From the NCBI RefSeq assembly GCF_006345805.1, contig NC_042998.1, forward strand, positions 9,362,001 to 9,426,000: a stretch of 64,000 bases of DNA. The letters run 5' to 3'. Below, piece by piece: positions 63,696 through 64,000 of the stretch. The notes under the pieces were generated by a model. That model did not search any database, had not been told where the DNA came from, and saw only the letters and a program-made list of their open reading frames with translations. Within the stretch, counting starts at the first letter, position 1. The number at the start of each line of letters is the position of its first letter. Made by a program: the position numbers and the translations under genes. This DNA comes from Octopus sinensis. Its lineage: Eukaryota.

Positions 63696-63974
63696 AAGCA
63701 CCATCCATTCGTGGCCGTTGCCAGCCTCGCCTGGCCCCCGTGTCAGTGGCACGTAAAAAGCACCATCCGATCGTGGCCGTTTGCCAGCCTCGTCTGGCAC
63801 GTAAAAAGCACCCACTACACTCATGGAGTGGTTGGCGTTAGGAAGGGCATCCAGCCGTAGAAACATTGCCAGATCAGACTGGGCCTGGTGCAGCCTTCTG
63901 GCTTCCCAGACTCCAGTTGAACCGTCCAACCCATGCTAGCATGGAAAGCGGACGCTAAACGATGATGATGATGA
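63696..63974 (+). mobile_element. Family C copy
   Basis: Modules plus (GAT)n tail. Confidence 0.85.
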
Positions 63975-64000
63975 AGTGCAAACTAAGTTTATGACAGTTA

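Noticed and set aside
58629-64000. Next IQGAP exon (expected to continue ...HAAVIAIN)
   Set aside because: No matching phase-compatible exon found; it presumably lies beyond the window.

Overview
This is AT-rich eukaryotic genomic DNA. The SINE/LINE repertoire points to an octopus or other cephalopod (inference, not checked by search). The window lies inside one + strand gene, an IQGAP1-like scaffold protein. Six short coding exons (157, 78, 77, 68, 92 and 22 nt; 494 nt total) encode the calponin-homology region and are spread over about 55 kb; the gene starts before the window and continues past it. The introns are filled with tRNA-headed SINEs (families I label A, B, D, F), many 5'-truncated RTE-LINE 3' ends with a (GAT)n tail (family C), CR1, R2-like and RTE reverse-transcriptase remnants, hAT, mariner, pogo, piggyBac and Mutator-like MITEs, a Helitron and long CT microsatellites. 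The most notable hidden signal is three unrelated repeat families (H1 at 0.2-0.9 kb, H3 at 30.9-31.4 and 36.6-37.4 kb, H2 at 35.0-35.2 and 39.7-40.1 kb). Each carries a minimal type I hammerhead-ribozyme motif with a palindromic stem III, and each occurs in a head-to-head foldback, the layout of Penelope-like-element termini and retrozymes. H2 also has a tRNA-type Pol III promoter, so it looks like a hammerhead-bearing, Penelope-mobilised SINE. All alignments and folds were done by eye; no database searches were run, and comparisons to human IQGAP1 are from memory.
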